64,000 bases of DNA from an uncultured Gemmatimonadales bacterium (GTDB lineage Bacteria > Gemmatimonadota > Gemmatimonadetes > Gemmatimonadales > Gemmatimonadaceae): NCBI GenBank assembly GCA_963851265.1, contig CAWKNZ010000007.1, forward strand, positions 544,001 through 608,000. The letters are read 5' to 3'. The stretch's first letter is position 1. The number at the start of each line of letters is the position of its first letter. A program made the position numbers and the translations under genes. Of the stretch, positions 10,109-21,498 are shown piece by piece. The notes beneath the pieces are model-generated. The model did not search any database and was not told the origin of the DNA. It saw only the letters and a program-made list of their open reading frames with translations.

Positions 10109-10360
10109 ATGCTCTACCAACTCGCATCGCTCGCCGGGGCGGCGATGATCCTCGCCGCGTACGTCGCGTACCAGCGCGGCTGGCTGGGCCGCGAACATCG
10201 CAGCTACAACCTGCTCAACTTCGTCGGCTCGGCGATCCTCGCCTGGATCGCCGTCGCCGACCGCCGCTGGGGCTTCATCGTGCTCGAAGCGTCGTGGGCG
10301 CTCCTCTCCCTGCCTCCGCTGCTCCGCCGCACGCGGGTCGACCGCGAGCCGCGGAGCTGA
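10109..10360 (+). CDS. Small membrane protein (CBU_0592-like)
   Basis: GAAMILAAY...SYNLLNFVGSAIL...WGFIVLE pattern, 3 TM segments. Confidence 0.75.
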   Translation: MLYQLASLAGAAMILAAYVAYQRGWLGREHRSYNLLNFVGSAILAWIAVADRRWGFIVLEASWALLSLPPLLRRTRVDREPRS

Positions 10361-10393
10361 ACCCGCGCCTCGCGGCCGCGGCGACGCCCGCGC

Positions 10394-10603
10394 CTACTGG
10401 CCGACCGCGCTCCGGATCATCGCCGTCAACTCGGCCGGGACTCGCAGGGCGCGCGAGGTGCCCGACGCGTCACCCTTCGGACGCCCGCCGAGTCCGCCGA
10501 TGAACGCGACCGCGCCGAACAACACCACGAACGCCACCGCGATTGCCCACGGCAACCACCCCGGATACCGCCTCTCGACATTCGCCATTCCCCCACCTCC
10601 CAT
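10394..10603 (-). CDS. Small single-TM hypothetical protein
   Basis: One hydrophobic helix; alternative ATG at 10588. Confidence 0.5.
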   Translation of the reverse strand: MGGGGMANVERRYPGWLPWAIAVAFVVLFGAVAFIGGLGGRPKGDASGTSRALRVPAELTAMIRSAVGQ

Positions 10604-10695
10604 GCGTCAGATCCCAACAGCGTCGAGCGCACCACGCGGGGCATCGGGCAGGCCAGAGACGCCGGATCCGGACGATTGCGGGAGGGAACGCGCGA

Positions 10696-10724
10696 AAGGC
10701 CCGTGGCGTCACGCCACGGGCCTT
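10696..10724 (-). terminator. Intrinsic terminator after rpsU
   Basis: AAGGCCCGTGGCGT-C-ACGCCACGGGCCTT inverted repeat about 20 nt after the rpsU stop. Confidence 0.75.
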
Positions 10725-10745
10725 CGGGAACGACGTCGAGTCAGG

Positions 10746-10934
10746 TCAGACGCGCGTCGGCTTGCGCTTCCGGCGGCGCGCCGCAGCGGACTTGAGCTGG
10801 CGGGCCTCGCTCGGCTTCACGTAGTGACGCTTCCGGCGCAGCTCCTGAAGGATGCCGGCCTGCGTGACCTTCTTCTTGAACCGCTTGAGTGCCCAGTCGA
10901 GCCGGTCGCTCTCTTCGAGCCGCACTTCGATCAT
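10746..10934 (-). CDS. rpsU: 30S ribosomal protein S21
   Basis: MIEVRLEESDRLDWALKRFKKKV...RHYVKPSE; AGGAG RBS. Confidence 0.95.
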   Translation of the reverse strand: MIEVRLEESDRLDWALKRFKKKVTQAGILQELRRKRHYVKPSEARQLKSAAARRRKRKPTRV

Positions 10935-11102
10935 CGAGTTTCTACTCCTGACGTGAGGCGCGCCCGCAATCGGCCGGGGTGGCCGGGGTCGGGACAACGC
11001 GTGGGCCGTTTCCGGCCGCACGGGTGCCGGACCAGCTCCGATCGGGCGGACGCCCGCGAACCACGCAAGCTACGGACAGCCGGAGGGGAGCGCAACCGTA
11101 TG

Positions 11103-12437
11103 TCACCCGGCCGCGCGCTGCGGTCGCCGGGGAACGTAGCTCTCCAGATCAAACCCGAGCAACAACGTCGACGCCACCACCACGGCCGCGATCACGAACG
11201 GCACCCCGACCCCGAGCCGATCGAACGCGAACCCGGCGATCAGCGGGAACAGCGCGCGCGACGCGCCGCCGAACGTCTGCTGCACGCCCATGTACAACCC
11301 CCGCTCGTTTCCGGCAACCACGCGCGAGAGCATCGCCGTCACGCACGGGAAGGTGAACGCGGCGCCGAGCGGCATGAGCGCGACCGAGAGCGCCAGCTGC
11401 CAGAGCGCGTGCGTCAGCGGCAGCGTCCCGAGTCCGATCCCCAGCAGCACGATGCCGATGCGCGACAGCCGCGCCTCACCGAACCGGTCGATGAGCCAGC
11501 TCAGCAGGAACGCGCGCGTGATCACCGACAGCACGCCGACGTAGGCGAAGAAGTACCCGATCGTGTCGGCCGTCACGTGATACCGCGTCGCCAGGAACAG
11601 GGCGAGGATGGAATTCACGCCCTGGAAGGCGCCGATCGCGACGGCGTAGATCAGGATCAACCGCGACGCCGACTCGGCCGGATGCGCGACCACCCGGAAC
11701 ACGGCCTCGCCAGAGCGCCGCGGCGGCGCGACCGCCTTGTGCTGGCCCGTGGCGCCGGTCGCCCCCGGCTCGCGCGCCTCCTTCAGGTACGTCCACGCGA
11801 ACACGATGTTCACCGTGCAAAGCGCCGCCGCGATGAGCCCTGGCGCCTTGTGGCTCAGGTGCGTCGACCACGACCCGATCACCGGGCCTAACGCGACGCC
11901 GGCGTTGGTCGCGGCCGAGAGCCATCCGAGCGACTTCGCGCGGTCCTCGGGGCGCGTCGCGTCGGCGACGTAGGCCTGGATCACGCCCGTCGTCCCGCCC
12001 CCAGCTCCCTGGACGAGCCGCGACAGGAACAGCAGGACGAGCGACGTCGCGAAGCCGAAGATCACGTACGCGATCGCGGACGCGCCTAGCGCGATCACCA
12101 GGGCGGGGCGGCGGCCGTAGCGGTCCGAGAAACGCCCCCAGAGCGGCGCCGAGATGAGCTGCGCCACGGTGAACGCGCTCACCAACAACGCCGTGATCTG
12201 CCCGACGCCGAGGTGGTAGCCCGCGACGTCGAAACCGTGGCCGCCGAGCGCCTTCACGTAGAACGGCAGGAGCGGGATGACCATCAGCACGCCGATCATG
12301 TCGACGAACGCCGTGATCATCAGGATGACGAGCTTCCCGAGCTCCGAGCGCGTGGTCGATCCGCCCGGGTCGCGCGCCGGTGCGGCGTCGGGGGCTGATT
12401 CGGACGTCGAGGTGCGCGCCGCGGGGGGCGCGCTCAC
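11103..12437 (-). CDS. MFS transporter (TetA/DHA1-like)
   Basis: WGRFSDRYGRRP motif A, about 12 TMs; GTGA coupling to upstream permease. Confidence 0.9.
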   Translation of the reverse strand: MSAPPAARTSTSESAPDAAPARDPGGSTTRSELGKLVILMITAFVDMIGVLMVIPLLPFYVKALGGHGFDVAGYHLGVGQITALLVSAFTVAQLISAPLWGRFSDRYGRRPALVIALGASAIAYVIFGFATSLVLLFLSRLVQGAGGGTTGVIQAYVADATRPEDRAKSLGWLSAATNAGVALGPVIGSWSTHLSHKAPGLIAAALCTVNIVFAWTYLKEAREPGATGATGQHKAVAPPRRSGEAVFRVVAHPAESASRLILIYAVAIGAFQGVNSILALFLATRYHVTADTIGYFFAYVGVLSVITRAFLLSWLIDRFGEARLSRIGIVLLGIGLGTLPLTHALWQLALSVALMPLGAAFTFPCVTAMLSRVVAGNERGLYMGVQQTFGGASRALFPLIAGFAFDRLGVGVPFVIAAVVVASTLLLGFDLESYVPRRPQRAAG

Positions 12438-13285
12438 GCGCGCGTGCCCAGTGCGGCCGGGGGCGTCGCGCGGCCGACCACCCCGGCCAGCGCGACGATC
12501 GTGAGGACGTAGGGGATCATCTGGACGAATTGCGAGGGGATCAGCTGCGTGCCTTGCAACTGGATCTGGAACGCCTCCGCCGCCGCAAACAGCACGCAGG
12601 CGACTGCGACGCGGCGCGGGTCCCAGCGCCCGAAGATCACGGCCGCGAGCGCGATGAAGCCGCGCCCGGCGGTCATGCCGTCCGTGAACTGGTGCTGATC
12701 GAGCGCGAGGTACGCGCCGGCGAGCCCCGCGAGCACCCCGGACAGCGCGACCGCCGCCCACCGCACGCGGGCGACGCGCACCCCGAGCGTGGCGGCCGCC
12801 TCGGGCTTCTCGCCCACGGCGCGCAGTCGCAGCCCGAACGGTGTGCGGTACAGTAACCACCCCACGGCCGGCAACGTCGCGAGCCCGATCCAGACCACCG
12901 GGTTCACGTACTCCGACGCGAACCCCGGCACCCGCGGCGAGTTACTGGAGCTGCCGAACGCGAAGCGCAGAAAGAACCGCGTGGTTCCCACCGCGAGCAG
13001 GTTGAGCGCGACGCCGACGACCACCTGGTCGGCGCCGAAGCGGACCGCCGCGAGCGCGAGCAGTAGCGCGAGCAGCACGCCGCCCACCACGCCGCACGCG
13101 ACCCCCGCCCACGGCGAACCGAACGCATAGCTCCCCGTCGCCGCGCCGAAGGCGCCAGCGAGCATGAACCCCTCGAGTGACAGCGCGATGATGCCCGCCC
13201 GCTCGCTCACGACGCCGCCCGCTGCGGCGAGGAGGTACGGCACGACGATGCGCAGCGTCTGCGCGAGGAACGCGAGCACCGTCAC
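12434..13285 (-). CDS. Nucleoside/sugar ABC transporter permease
   Basis: SERAGII.L.LEG, RTPFGLRLRAVGE, GRGFIALAAVIFGRW. Confidence 0.92.
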   Translation of the reverse strand: MTVLAFLAQTLRIVVPYLLAAAGGVVSERAGIIALSLEGFMLAGAFGAATGSYAFGSPWAGVACGVVGGVLLALLLALAAVRFGADQVVVGVALNLLAVGTTRFFLRFAFGSSSNSPRVPGFASEYVNPVVWIGLATLPAVGWLLYRTPFGLRLRAVGEKPEAAATLGVRVARVRWAAVALSGVLAGLAGAYLALDQHQFTDGMTAGRGFIALAAVIFGRWDPRRVAVACVLFAAAEAFQIQLQGTQLIPSQFVQMIPYVLTIVALAGVVGRATPPAALGTRA

Positions 13286-14421
13286 GCGCCGGTCGCCCGC
13301 GGACGGAGCGCCGCCGCCGACGCGCTCCGCAGCACGCGCCGCACCTCGGGCACCGCGGTCACCACGGCGAGGATCACCACGGCCTGCAGCACGTCGACCA
13401 TCTGCTTGGGCACGAGTGCGTTCACCGCGAGCCCGCCCTGCGACAACGTCGCGAAGAGCAGCGCCGCCAGCACCACGCCGGCCGGGTGGTTACCTCCGAC
13501 GAGGGCGACGGCGATCCCGAGAAAGCCGGACCCGGTCGCGAACCCCTCCTCGTAATAGTGCTTGTAGCCGAGCACGAAGTTGAGCCCGCCGAGACCGGCG
13601 AGCGCGCCCGAGAGCGTCATCGCGCGCACCCACACGCGGCCGACGCGCACGCCGCCGTACTCCGCCGCGTCGGGCTGCAGCCCGACCGCGCGGAACTCGT
13701 AGCCGACGCGCGTGCGGAACAGCAGCCACCACAGGGCTGCCGCCGCGAGCAGGGCGACGACGAACGACGCGTTCGCCGCCGAGCCGTGGAACGCCGTCCA
13801 CACGTCGCTCAGGCGGGCGACGGTGCCGGCGTGCAGCTCGGGGGTGTGCAGCGTCTCGGGCACGTGCAGGTGCGCCGCGATCACGTAGTTGAGCGCGGCG
13901 AGCACGACGAAGTTGAGCATGATCGTCACGATCACCTCGCTGGCGCCGAACCGCGCGCGCAGCCACCCGGGCAGCGCACCGACGGCCCCGCCGCCGACCA
14001 TGGCCGCGATCACGCAGCAGGGCACGGCCAGCAGTCCGGGCGTCCCGACGGGGAACGCGAGCCCGACGAGCGCCGCCGCGAACCCGCCGACCGCGAGCTG
14101 ACTCTCTGCCCCGACGTTGAACAGCCCCGCGCGCGCCGCGGCCGCGAACGCGAGCCCCGTGCAGGCGAGCGTCGTCGCCTTGTACAGCACCTGGCCGAAG
14201 CCGTACGCGTTCGCCCACGTGCCCTCGATGAGCAGCCGGTACACGCTTCCCGGCGCCTGCCCGTACAGCAGGATCAGCAGGTCGCCGACGAGGAGCGCTA
14301 CGAGCAGCGCCACGACGGGCGGCAGCACGCCCTCGACCCACCGCCGCTCGACCCACCGCCGCTCCAGCCGCGCCGGCGCGGTGCGCCGCGGCACGGTCGC
14401 CTCGCGCACGGCGTCGCTCAC
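13282..14421 (-). CDS. Nucleoside/sugar ABC transporter permease
   Basis: GLFNVGAESQ, SEVIVTIMLN, GYEFRAVG, GFLGIAVAL. Confidence 0.92.
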   Translation of the reverse strand: MSDAVREATVPRRTAPARLERRWVERRWVEGVLPPVVALLVALLVGDLLILLYGQAPGSVYRLLIEGTWANAYGFGQVLYKATTLACTGLAFAAAARAGLFNVGAESQLAVGGFAAALVGLAFPVGTPGLLAVPCCVIAAMVGGGAVGALPGWLRARFGASEVIVTIMLNFVVLAALNYVIAAHLHVPETLHTPELHAGTVARLSDVWTAFHGSAANASFVVALLAAAALWWLLFRTRVGYEFRAVGLQPDAAEYGGVRVGRVWVRAMTLSGALAGLGGLNFVLGYKHYYEEGFATGSGFLGIAVALVGGNHPAGVVLAALLFATLSQGGLAVNALVPKQMVDVLQAVVILAVVTAVPEVRRVLRSASAAALRPRATGA

Positions 14422-16043
14422 GCGGCCGCCCCGGTCATCAGCGGCCCGAGGCGTTCGACCGTGACTTCCGCGCGCGGCAGCACGGCGGCAAACCGCCCGC
14501 GGTACATCACGGCCACCCGGTCGGCGAGCGCGAGCACCTCGGCGAGGTCGGCCGAGACGAGCAGCACGGCCTTGCCGGCCGCGCGCGCCCGGCGCAGCTG
14601 GTCGTGGATGAACTCGATCGCACCCACGTCCACGCCGCGCGTGGGCTGTGCCGCGAGCAGCACGTGATAGTCGCGGCCGGTCATCTCGCGCGCGACGACG
14701 ATCTTCTGCTGGTTACCCCCCGAAAGCGCCCGGGCCGGGAGCCCCGGGTCGGCCGGCCGGATGTCGAATTCGGCCACCAGCCGGCGCGCCGTGTCGGCCA
14801 CGCGCCCGCGGTCGAGCGTGGCGCCGACGAGGCGCGCGAGCGCACCCCGCCGCACGTAACGGTGCTGCAGCCCGAGCACGAGGTTGTCGGCCACGGAATA
14901 GTCGAGGAGGAGGCCGCGTCGGTGGCGGTCTTCGGGGATGTGCGAGAGTCCGGCGTCCGCGCGCGCGCGCACGTCGAGCGCGGTCACGTCGCGCCCGGCG
15001 AGCGTCACGGTCCCGCCCGCGATCGGCGTCAGCCCGGCGATGGCCTCGATGAGCTCCGTCTGCCCGTTCCCCTCGACGCCCGCGACGCCGAGAATCTCGC
15101 CCGCGGCGATCTCGAACGACAGCGCGTCGACCTCGCGCGCGCGGCGCGGCGAGGCGACCGTGAGGTCGCGCACCGTGAGGGCGGGGGTGCCCGGCGCGAC
15201 GGCGGGCGCGACCGCGGGCGCGACCGCGACGCGTCCGGCCGCCCCGGCGACCGCCGCACCCAGCCCGGTCGCGCCCACCACCGCCTCTGGCGCCGCATCG
15301 AGCGCGAGCGCCACGTCGCGCCCGACCATCGCCCGCGCGATCTCGCGCGGGGTGGTGTCGGCGGTGCGCATGCGCGCCACGGTCGCGCCGGCGCGCATGA
15401 CCGTGATGGCGTCCGACACCTCGACCACCTCGTCGAGCTTGTGCGTGATGAGCACCACCGTCCCGCCGGCCGCGACGAGCCCGCGCAACACGCCCCATAG
15501 TTCGCGCACCTCGAGGGGCGAGAGCACCGCCGTGGGCTCGTCGAGGATGAGCAGTCGCGCGCCGCGGTAGAGCACCTTGAGGATCTCGACCCGCTGCGCC
15601 TCGCCGACGCTCAGCTCCGCCACGGGCCGTCCGGCAGGCACCACGAGCCCGGTCTGCTCGGCGAGCGCACTCACCTCGCGCTCGGCACGCGCGCGGTCGA
15701 GCGCGAGCCCGCGCGTCAGCTCGCGGCCCAGCACCACGTTCTCCGCCACGGTGAGCGGCGGGACGAGCATGAAGTGCTGGTGCACCATGCCCACACCCGC
15801 CGCGATCGCCTGGGCCGTCGTCCAGCCCGTGACGTCACGCAGCGCACCGGCGGCGTCGCCCACCTGCACCGTGCCCGCGTCGGGCGCGTACATCCCGGCG
15901 AGGATGCGCATGAGCGTGCTCTTGCCCGCGCCGTTCTCGCCTACGACCGCGTGGATCTCGCCGCGCGCCACCTCGAGTGACGCGTCGCGGTTGGCGACGA
16001 CGGGGCCGAACGCCTTCGCCACCCCGCGCACCACCACCTCCAT
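14418..16043 (-). CDS. ABC transporter ATP-binding protein with two ABC domains
   Basis: GENGAGKST, LILDEPT, LSGGNQQK, QPTRGVDVG. Confidence 0.93.
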   Translation of the reverse strand: MEVVVRGVAKAFGPVVANRDASLEVARGEIHAVVGENGAGKSTLMRILAGMYAPDAGTVQVGDAAGALRDVTGWTTAQAIAAGVGMVHQHFMLVPPLTVAENVVLGRELTRGLALDRARAEREVSALAEQTGLVVPAGRPVAELSVGEAQRVEILKVLYRGARLLILDEPTAVLSPLEVRELWGVLRGLVAAGGTVVLITHKLDEVVEVSDAITVMRAGATVARMRTADTTPREIARAMVGRDVALALDAAPEAVVGATGLGAAVAGAAGRVAVAPAVAPAVAPGTPALTVRDLTVASPRRAREVDALSFEIAAGEILGVAGVEGNGQTELIEAIAGLTPIAGGTVTLAGRDVTALDVRARADAGLSHIPEDRHRRGLLLDYSVADNLVLGLQHRYVRRGALARLVGATLDRGRVADTARRLVAEFDIRPADPGLPARALSGGNQQKIVVAREMTGRDYHVLLAAQPTRGVDVGAIEFIHDQLRRARAAGKAVLLVSADLAEVLALADRVAVMYRGRFAAVLPRAEVTVERLGPLMTGAAA

Positions 16044-16048
16044 CGCGC

Positions 16049-17086
16049 TCACCGCTCGGTCGGGACGACGATCTGCCCGGCGATGATCGAATCGCGGAGT
16101 CCGGCGAGGCGCGCGCGCGCCGCAGGCGTGATGAGGCGCGCGTTGTTCGCGTCGTCGACGATCCGCACGCCGCCCTCCCGCAGGCCGAACTGCCGGACGC
16201 CGCCGCGAAAGTCGCCGTCGTGCACGCTCTGGATGGCGTCGAACACCGCGGCGTCGACGCCCTTGAGCATCGACGTGAGCACGTACCCCGGCGCCTCCTT
16301 GTACTGATCCGCGTCGACGCCGATCGCGAGCTTCCCCGTCTGACGCGCGGCCTCGAAGACGCCCAACCCGGTCGAGCCGGACGCATGGAAGATCACGTTC
16401 ACGCCGGCCCCGTACTGCGAGAGCGCGAGCTCCTTGCCGCGCCCCGGGTCGCGGAACGCCTCGGGCGTCACGCCGGCATACTGCGCGATCACCTGGCACG
16501 TGGGACACACGTGCAGCACCCCCGCGCGGTACCCGGCTTCGAACTTGTGGATGAGCGGGATGTCCATGCCGCCCACGAACCCGACCTTCTGCGATCCACC
16601 CACGAGTGCGGCCAGGGCACCGGCGAGAAACGCCCCCTGCTCCTCGCGGAACTTGAGCGCCTCGAGGTTGGGCGGGGGCGGGATGGGATTGCCGGCCTTG
16701 TCGGTCGCGATCGCGTAGTCGACGCCGGCGAAGTGCGTGCGCGGGTACTCCTTCGCGAGCTGCGTCAGGTCGTCGCTGAAGATGAAGCCGACGCCCACGA
16801 CGAGGTCCATCCCCTCGGCGGCCAGCAACCGCAGCCCGGCCTCCCGGTCGGAGCCCTCGCCGGGCTCCACGTAGCGCACGCGCGCGCCGAACGCGCGCGC
16901 GGCCCGGGTCGCGCCGAGGTACGCGCCGTCGTTGAACGACTTGTCGCCGCGGCCGCCGACGTCGAACACCACGCCCACGTTGAGCGCCCGGCCGGCCGGC
17001 GGCTCGGCCGCCCCCGAGGGGCGGACGAGCAGGAACGCGAGGTGCGCGACGAGCAGCGCGCCGACGAGGAGGAGCAGCTTGCGCAT
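16049..17086 (-). CDS. BMP-family ABC substrate-binding protein (purine nucleoside type)
   Basis: GGRGDKSFND, FREEQGAFLAG, IGVDADQ, LTSMLKGVD. Confidence 0.92.
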   Translation of the reverse strand: MRKLLLLVGALLVAHLAFLLVRPSGAAEPPAGRALNVGVVFDVGGRGDKSFNDGAYLGATRAARAFGARVRYVEPGEGSDREAGLRLLAAEGMDLVVGVGFIFSDDLTQLAKEYPRTHFAGVDYAIATDKAGNPIPPPPNLEALKFREEQGAFLAGALAALVGGSQKVGFVGGMDIPLIHKFEAGYRAGVLHVCPTCQVIAQYAGVTPEAFRDPGRGKELALSQYGAGVNVIFHASGSTGLGVFEAARQTGKLAIGVDADQYKEAPGYVLTSMLKGVDAAVFDAIQSVHDGDFRGGVRQFGLREGGVRIVDDANNARLITPAARARLAGLRDSIIAGQIVVPTER

Positions 17087-17105
17087 CCCTCCTCCCCGTC
17101 CGTGG

Positions 17106-18716
17106 TCAGCCGACCAGCTTGTAGCGGAACGCCACGATCCCGCCCTTCGCCGACTCGACGCGCGCCGCCTTGCTGTCCCCGACGGCGAGCGGGCCGACGC
17201 TCACGTTCTGCGTGTCGATCACCGCGCCCGCCTTGTCGAGGAACTCGACCGCGAGCGTGTACGTCTTCGGTGAGGCCGACGGCGCCGCCGCGGCGGGGCG
17301 CGGACGTGCACCGGGGCGGCCGCCCACCGTCGTCGTGGACGTCGCCGACTGCAGCTTGAGCGCCTCGACGTTCATCCCGATGACCGCGCGCGTCTGCCCG
17401 CGCGTGAACTCGGTGAAGGTGACCTTGACCGGCATCTGCTCGCTCATCGTGTTGTACTTCACGAGCGAGTCGACGTAGGCCTTCTTCTGTGCCGGGGCGG
17501 TCGCCGCCTTCGAAAGCCCCTGGTACGCGTACGCCAGGAACAGGTAGTTAGCGGGGTTGGCCGGATCGACCGCGACGAGGCGCTGCGCGACGGGGATGAT
17601 CTGCGACCATTGCTGCTGCTGATAGTAGGTCGCGGTCAGGTTGTTGAGCGCGTCGCGCTGGTACGGGTTCTTTTCGAGCGCGGCGGCGAAGAGCTTGGCC
17701 GCGTCGGCGGCGTTGGACGCCTGCGAGGCGATCACGCCGGCGTTCGTGAGCGCGACGTCGTCGTACTTGTCGGGGTTGGCGAGCTGGTCGGCGTACACCG
17801 ACCCGAGCGCGGCCTTGTCGCCCGTCAGCTGCACCATCTGCGCGAGCGTGGCCTGCAGCCGCGGCGCGTCGGGGCTGTTGGGGTACGCCGCGAGGAAGGT
17901 GCGGATGGCGTCGGCCGCCTCCTTGGCACGCGCCGGCTTGTCGGCCGCCGGGGCCGCTTGCGCGGCGCTCACGGAGTTGACGGCGATGTTCTGCAGCGCG
18001 GCCGAACGCAGGTCGCGCCCCTGCGCCGACGTGTCGTTCGCGGCGAGCGTCGCCACCTGCGGCCAGTAGCGCGATGCGGCGGCCGCATCGCCCTTGCTCT
18101 GCGCGACGTTGGCGAGCACGTAATACGGCAGCGGGCTGCCCTTGTAGACGATCAGCGCGCGCTCGGCCAGCCGCGCCGCCGAGTCGGGCTTCTGCGCGTT
18201 GAGCGCGCCCAGCGAGGCGTTCACCGTGCCGACCCACGCGTTCTGGCGGATCTGGCTGACCGTCGCCGCGCAGTTCGGCTTCGCCTGCTCGATGACGGTC
18301 GCGAGCGAGTCGATCGTCTTGAGGAGGTCCGCCGGCTGGTTCGGATCGTTGGCGTAGCCGAGGTCGGCGCGCGTCGCGTTGGTCGCGACGCGAAGATCCT
18401 GCGCCTCGAGCATGTAGGCCTGCGCGAGCGTGAGCGCTGTGCCGGTCGGGTTGGACTTCGCGGCGCTCGCGTCACCGGTCACGCGTTGGGCGGCGGCGCG
18501 GAGCGCCTTGAGCTTGGCGGCGGAGTCGCTCTGCGCCTGCGCGCCCTGGATGCTGAGGAACGCGAGCCCGAGCGAGCCCGGGTTGCTCTGATTGATGTCG
18601 CAGGTAGGCCCCGACGCCGGGGCGCTCTTGGCACCCTGCGCGGCGGCCGGGCGCGCGGCGGCGCCGGCGGCAAGAGCGGCGGCGCCGAGCGCCAGACGGG
18701 GGATCGAACGCGTCAT
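17106..18716 (-). CDS. Secreted TPR-repeat protein
   Basis: Signal peptide ending AAA-Q; TPR-like ALEKNPYQRDALNNL, LVAVDPAN. Confidence 0.8.
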   Translation of the reverse strand: MTRSIPRLALGAAALAAGAAARPAAAQGAKSAPASGPTCDINQSNPGSLGLAFLSIQGAQAQSDSAAKLKALRAAAQRVTGDASAAKSNPTGTALTLAQAYMLEAQDLRVATNATRADLGYANDPNQPADLLKTIDSLATVIEQAKPNCAATVSQIRQNAWVGTVNASLGALNAQKPDSAARLAERALIVYKGSPLPYYVLANVAQSKGDAAAASRYWPQVATLAANDTSAQGRDLRSAALQNIAVNSVSAAQAAPAADKPARAKEAADAIRTFLAAYPNSPDAPRLQATLAQMVQLTGDKAALGSVYADQLANPDKYDDVALTNAGVIASQASNAADAAKLFAAALEKNPYQRDALNNLTATYYQQQQWSQIIPVAQRLVAVDPANPANYLFLAYAYQGLSKAATAPAQKKAYVDSLVKYNTMSEQMPVKVTFTEFTRGQTRAVIGMNVEALKLQSATSTTTVGGRPGARPRPAAAAPSASPKTYTLAVEFLDKAGAVIDTQNVSVGPLAVGDSKAARVESAKGGIVAFRYKLVG

Positions 18717-18829
18717 ACCGAGGGGCTCTCCTCTACGGTGGGGGTAGAACGGCCAATATACCACGCGCATGGCCGCCCTCCCGTACCAAGCGGGCGGGAA
18801 CGGGTTCCGCCCGACGTAGCTTTTGCACC

Positions 18830-20404
18830 ATGACCGACCACATCCGAACGCGCTTCCTCGTCATCGGCACCGGCGTCGCCGGGCTCCACACCGCGTGGCG
18901 CGCCGCGCAGGGCGTCTCGGGGGACGGCGACGTCCTGCTCCTCACGAAGCGCTCGCTCTTCGATTCGTCCACGGCCTACGCGCAGGGTGGGATCGCGGCC
19001 GCGCTCGGCGCCGGCGACTCGCCCGCGCTGCACCGCGCCGACACGCTCGCCGCCGGGGCCGCGCTCTGCGACGCCGACGCCGTACAGGTCCTCGTCGAGG
19101 AGGGTCCGTCGCGCGTACGCGAGCTGCAGACGGCCGGTGCCGCGTTCGACCTGACGCCCACGGGCGAGATCAAGCTCGGGCGCGAAGCGGCGCACTCGCG
19201 CGACCGGATCGTGCACGCGCGTGGCGACCAGACGGGGGCGGAAGTCGCACGCACGCTCGTGGCCCGCGTGCGCGCGGAGCGCCGCATCCAGGTGCTGGAA
19301 CACGCGCGCGTGCTCGACCTCGTCGTCGACGACGGCCCGCGCGGCCGCCGCTGCGTGGGCGCACGGGCGAGCGTGTCGGGACGGCCGGTCGAGATCACGG
19401 CCGACGCGACGGTGCTCGCCACGGGCGGGTGTGGACAGGTCTACCGCTACACCACCAACCCGCTCGTCGCGACCGGGGACGGCTACGCGATCGCGCACCG
19501 CGCCGGGGCGACGCTCGCCGACATGGAATTCGTCCAGTTCCATCCGACCGCGCTCGACACCGCCGAGAACCCGCTCGCGCTCGTGTCGGAGGCGGTGCGC
19601 GGCGAGGGCGCGCTCCTGCTTAACGCGCAGCTCGAACGCTTCATGCCGGCTCGACACCCGCAGGCGGAGCTCGCGCCACGCGACGTGGTCGCGCGCGAGA
19701 TCTTCCGCGAACAGCAGCGCACGGGCAAGGTGTGGCTCGACGCGCGCCGACTCGGCGGCACGCCGGGGAGCCCGGCCGGCGGCGGAACGTCGGGCGGCGG
19801 GCGCGTGCGGTTCTCGGAGCGGTTCCCGGGGATCTACGCGCTGTGCACGGCTCGCGGCATCGACCCGGAGCGGGCGCTCATTCCGGTCACGCCGGCCGCA
19901 CACTACATGATGGGCGGGGTGGTCACCGACCTCGCGGGCAGGGCGTCGCTCGACGGCCTGTGGGCAGTGGGAGAGGTGGCCCGGACGGGGGTGCACGGCG
20001 CGAACCGGTTGGCGAGCAACTCGCTGCTCGAGGGGCTGGTGTTCGCGGAGCGTGCCGCACGCGACCTGTTAGCTGCGCCGCGGCCGGCGCGGGCGCCGCG
20101 ACGGCGGGAAGGGTGGGAGGTGCCGCCGCTCTCGGACCGCGGTGCCGCGCAGGTCGCGGCGGGGGCGGTGCGGACGGCAATGTGGGAGAGTGCGGCCATC
20201 GCCCGCACCGGCAAGGGGCTGGAACGGTGCCTCGCGCAGCTGCGGACGATCGAGGCGCGGCTCGCGCCAGGAATGACCGAGGAGCGCAACCTGGTCGACA
20301 CGGCGAGGATGATCGCCGAGGCGGCGCTCAGGCGGCGGGAGAGCAGGGGAGGGCACTACCGGAGCGATTTCCCCGCGGTCGGCGCCGTCGCGGTCTCGCG
20401 TTAG
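18830..20404 (+). CDS. nadB: L-aspartate oxidase
   Basis: [58 protein letters not shown]. Confidence 0.95.
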   Translation: MTDHIRTRFLVIGTGVAGLHTAWRAAQGVSGDGDVLLLTKRSLFDSSTAYAQGGIAAALGAGDSPALHRADTLAAGAALCDADAVQVLVEEGPSRVRELQTAGAAFDLTPTGEIKLGREAAHSRDRIVHARGDQTGAEVARTLVARVRAERRIQVLEHARVLDLVVDDGPRGRRCVGARASVSGRPVEITADATVLATGGCGQVYRYTTNPLVATGDGYAIAHRAGATLADMEFVQFHPTALDTAENPLALVSEAVRGEGALLLNAQLERFMPARHPQAELAPRDVVAREIFREQQRTGKVWLDARRLGGTPGSPAGGGTSGGGRVRFSERFPGIYALCTARGIDPERALIPVTPAAHYMMGGVVTDLAGRASLDGLWAVGEVARTGVHGANRLASNSLLEGLVFAERAARDLLAAPRPARAPRRREGWEVPPLSDRGAAQVAAGAVRTAMWESAAIARTGKGLERCLAQLRTIEARLAPGMTEERNLVDTARMIAEAALRRRESRGGHYRSDFPAVGAVAVSR

Positions 20405-20454
20405 CCGTCCGGCGTTCGACGACGCCGGCGTCGACAGCTTATCGTTCTCCCCCT

Positions 20455-21498
20455 ATGCCGTCGCCCTCGTCAACCGCCTCGGACTCGGCGCTGCACGCCG
20501 AGATCCGCTCCCTCGCCCGGTCGCGCGACGCCGTCATCCTCGCGCACAACTACGAACGCCCCGAGGTCCAGGACGTCGCGGACTACGTCGGCGACTCGCT
20601 CGGTCTCTCGCGCGAGGCGGCCAAGACGGACGCGGACGTGATCGTCTTCTGCGGCGTGCACTTCATGGCCGAGACGGCGAAGATTCTCTCGCCCGAGAAG
20701 ACCGTCCTCCTCCCGGATCTCGCCGCCGGCTGCTCGCTCGCGAGCACGATCGACGCCGACCAGCTGCGCGCGTGGAAGGCCGAGCACCCGGGCGCGGTGG
20801 TCGTCGCGTACGTGAACACGACGGCCGACGTGAAGGCCGAGAGCGACTACTGCTGCACGAGCGGCAACGCCGTCGAGGTGGTGAACGCGATCCCGGCCGA
20901 TCAGGAGGTGCTGTTCCTCCCCGACATGTTCCTCGGCGCGCACGTGCGGCGCGTGACCGGACGCGAGAACATCCACGTGTGGATGGGCGAGTGCCACGTG
21001 CACGCGGGCATCGACCCGGAGCACATCACGCTGCAGCGCGCCGCGCACCCACGCGCCGAGTTCCTCATCCACCCCGAGTGCGGCTGCGCCACCCCGGTGG
21101 TCGAGGCGATGTCGGCGGGGGCGATCGACGCCGAGGACGTGCACATCCTCTCGACCGAAGGGATGATCAAGCGGCCGGGGGAGAGTCCGCGGGACGAGTT
21201 CATCGTGGCCACCGAGGTCGGCATCCTGCACCGGCTGCGGCGGGCCTACCCGGGCAAGACGTTCTACGCGGCGAGCGATCGCGCGCAGTGCGCGTACATG
21301 AAGGTGACCACCCTGCCCAAGGTGCTGCGCTCGCTCGAGACGCTCACGCACGAGATCCGCGTGCCGCAGGCGACGGCCGCGCGGGCGCGGCGCGCGATCG
21401 AACGCATGGTCGCGATCGGCGGGTCGGGCGGCGGGCCCGGGCTGTCCGGCCCACCGCAGTCGCCGTTCCGCACCTCGGACGAGGACCCCGGCGAATGA
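20455..21498 (+). CDS. nadA: Quinolinate synthase
   Basis: [47 protein letters not shown]. Confidence 0.95.
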   Translation: MPSPSSTASDSALHAEIRSLARSRDAVILAHNYERPEVQDVADYVGDSLGLSREAAKTDADVIVFCGVHFMAETAKILSPEKTVLLPDLAAGCSLASTIDADQLRAWKAEHPGAVVVAYVNTTADVKAESDYCCTSGNAVEVVNAIPADQEVLFLPDMFLGAHVRRVTGRENIHVWMGECHVHAGIDPEHITLQRAAHPRAEFLIHPECGCATPVVEAMSAGAIDAEDVHILSTEGMIKRPGESPRDEFIVATEVGILHRLRRAYPGKTFYAASDRAQCAYMKVTTLPKVLRSLETLTHEIRVPQATAARARRAIERMVAIGGSGGGPGLSGPPQSPFRTSDEDPGE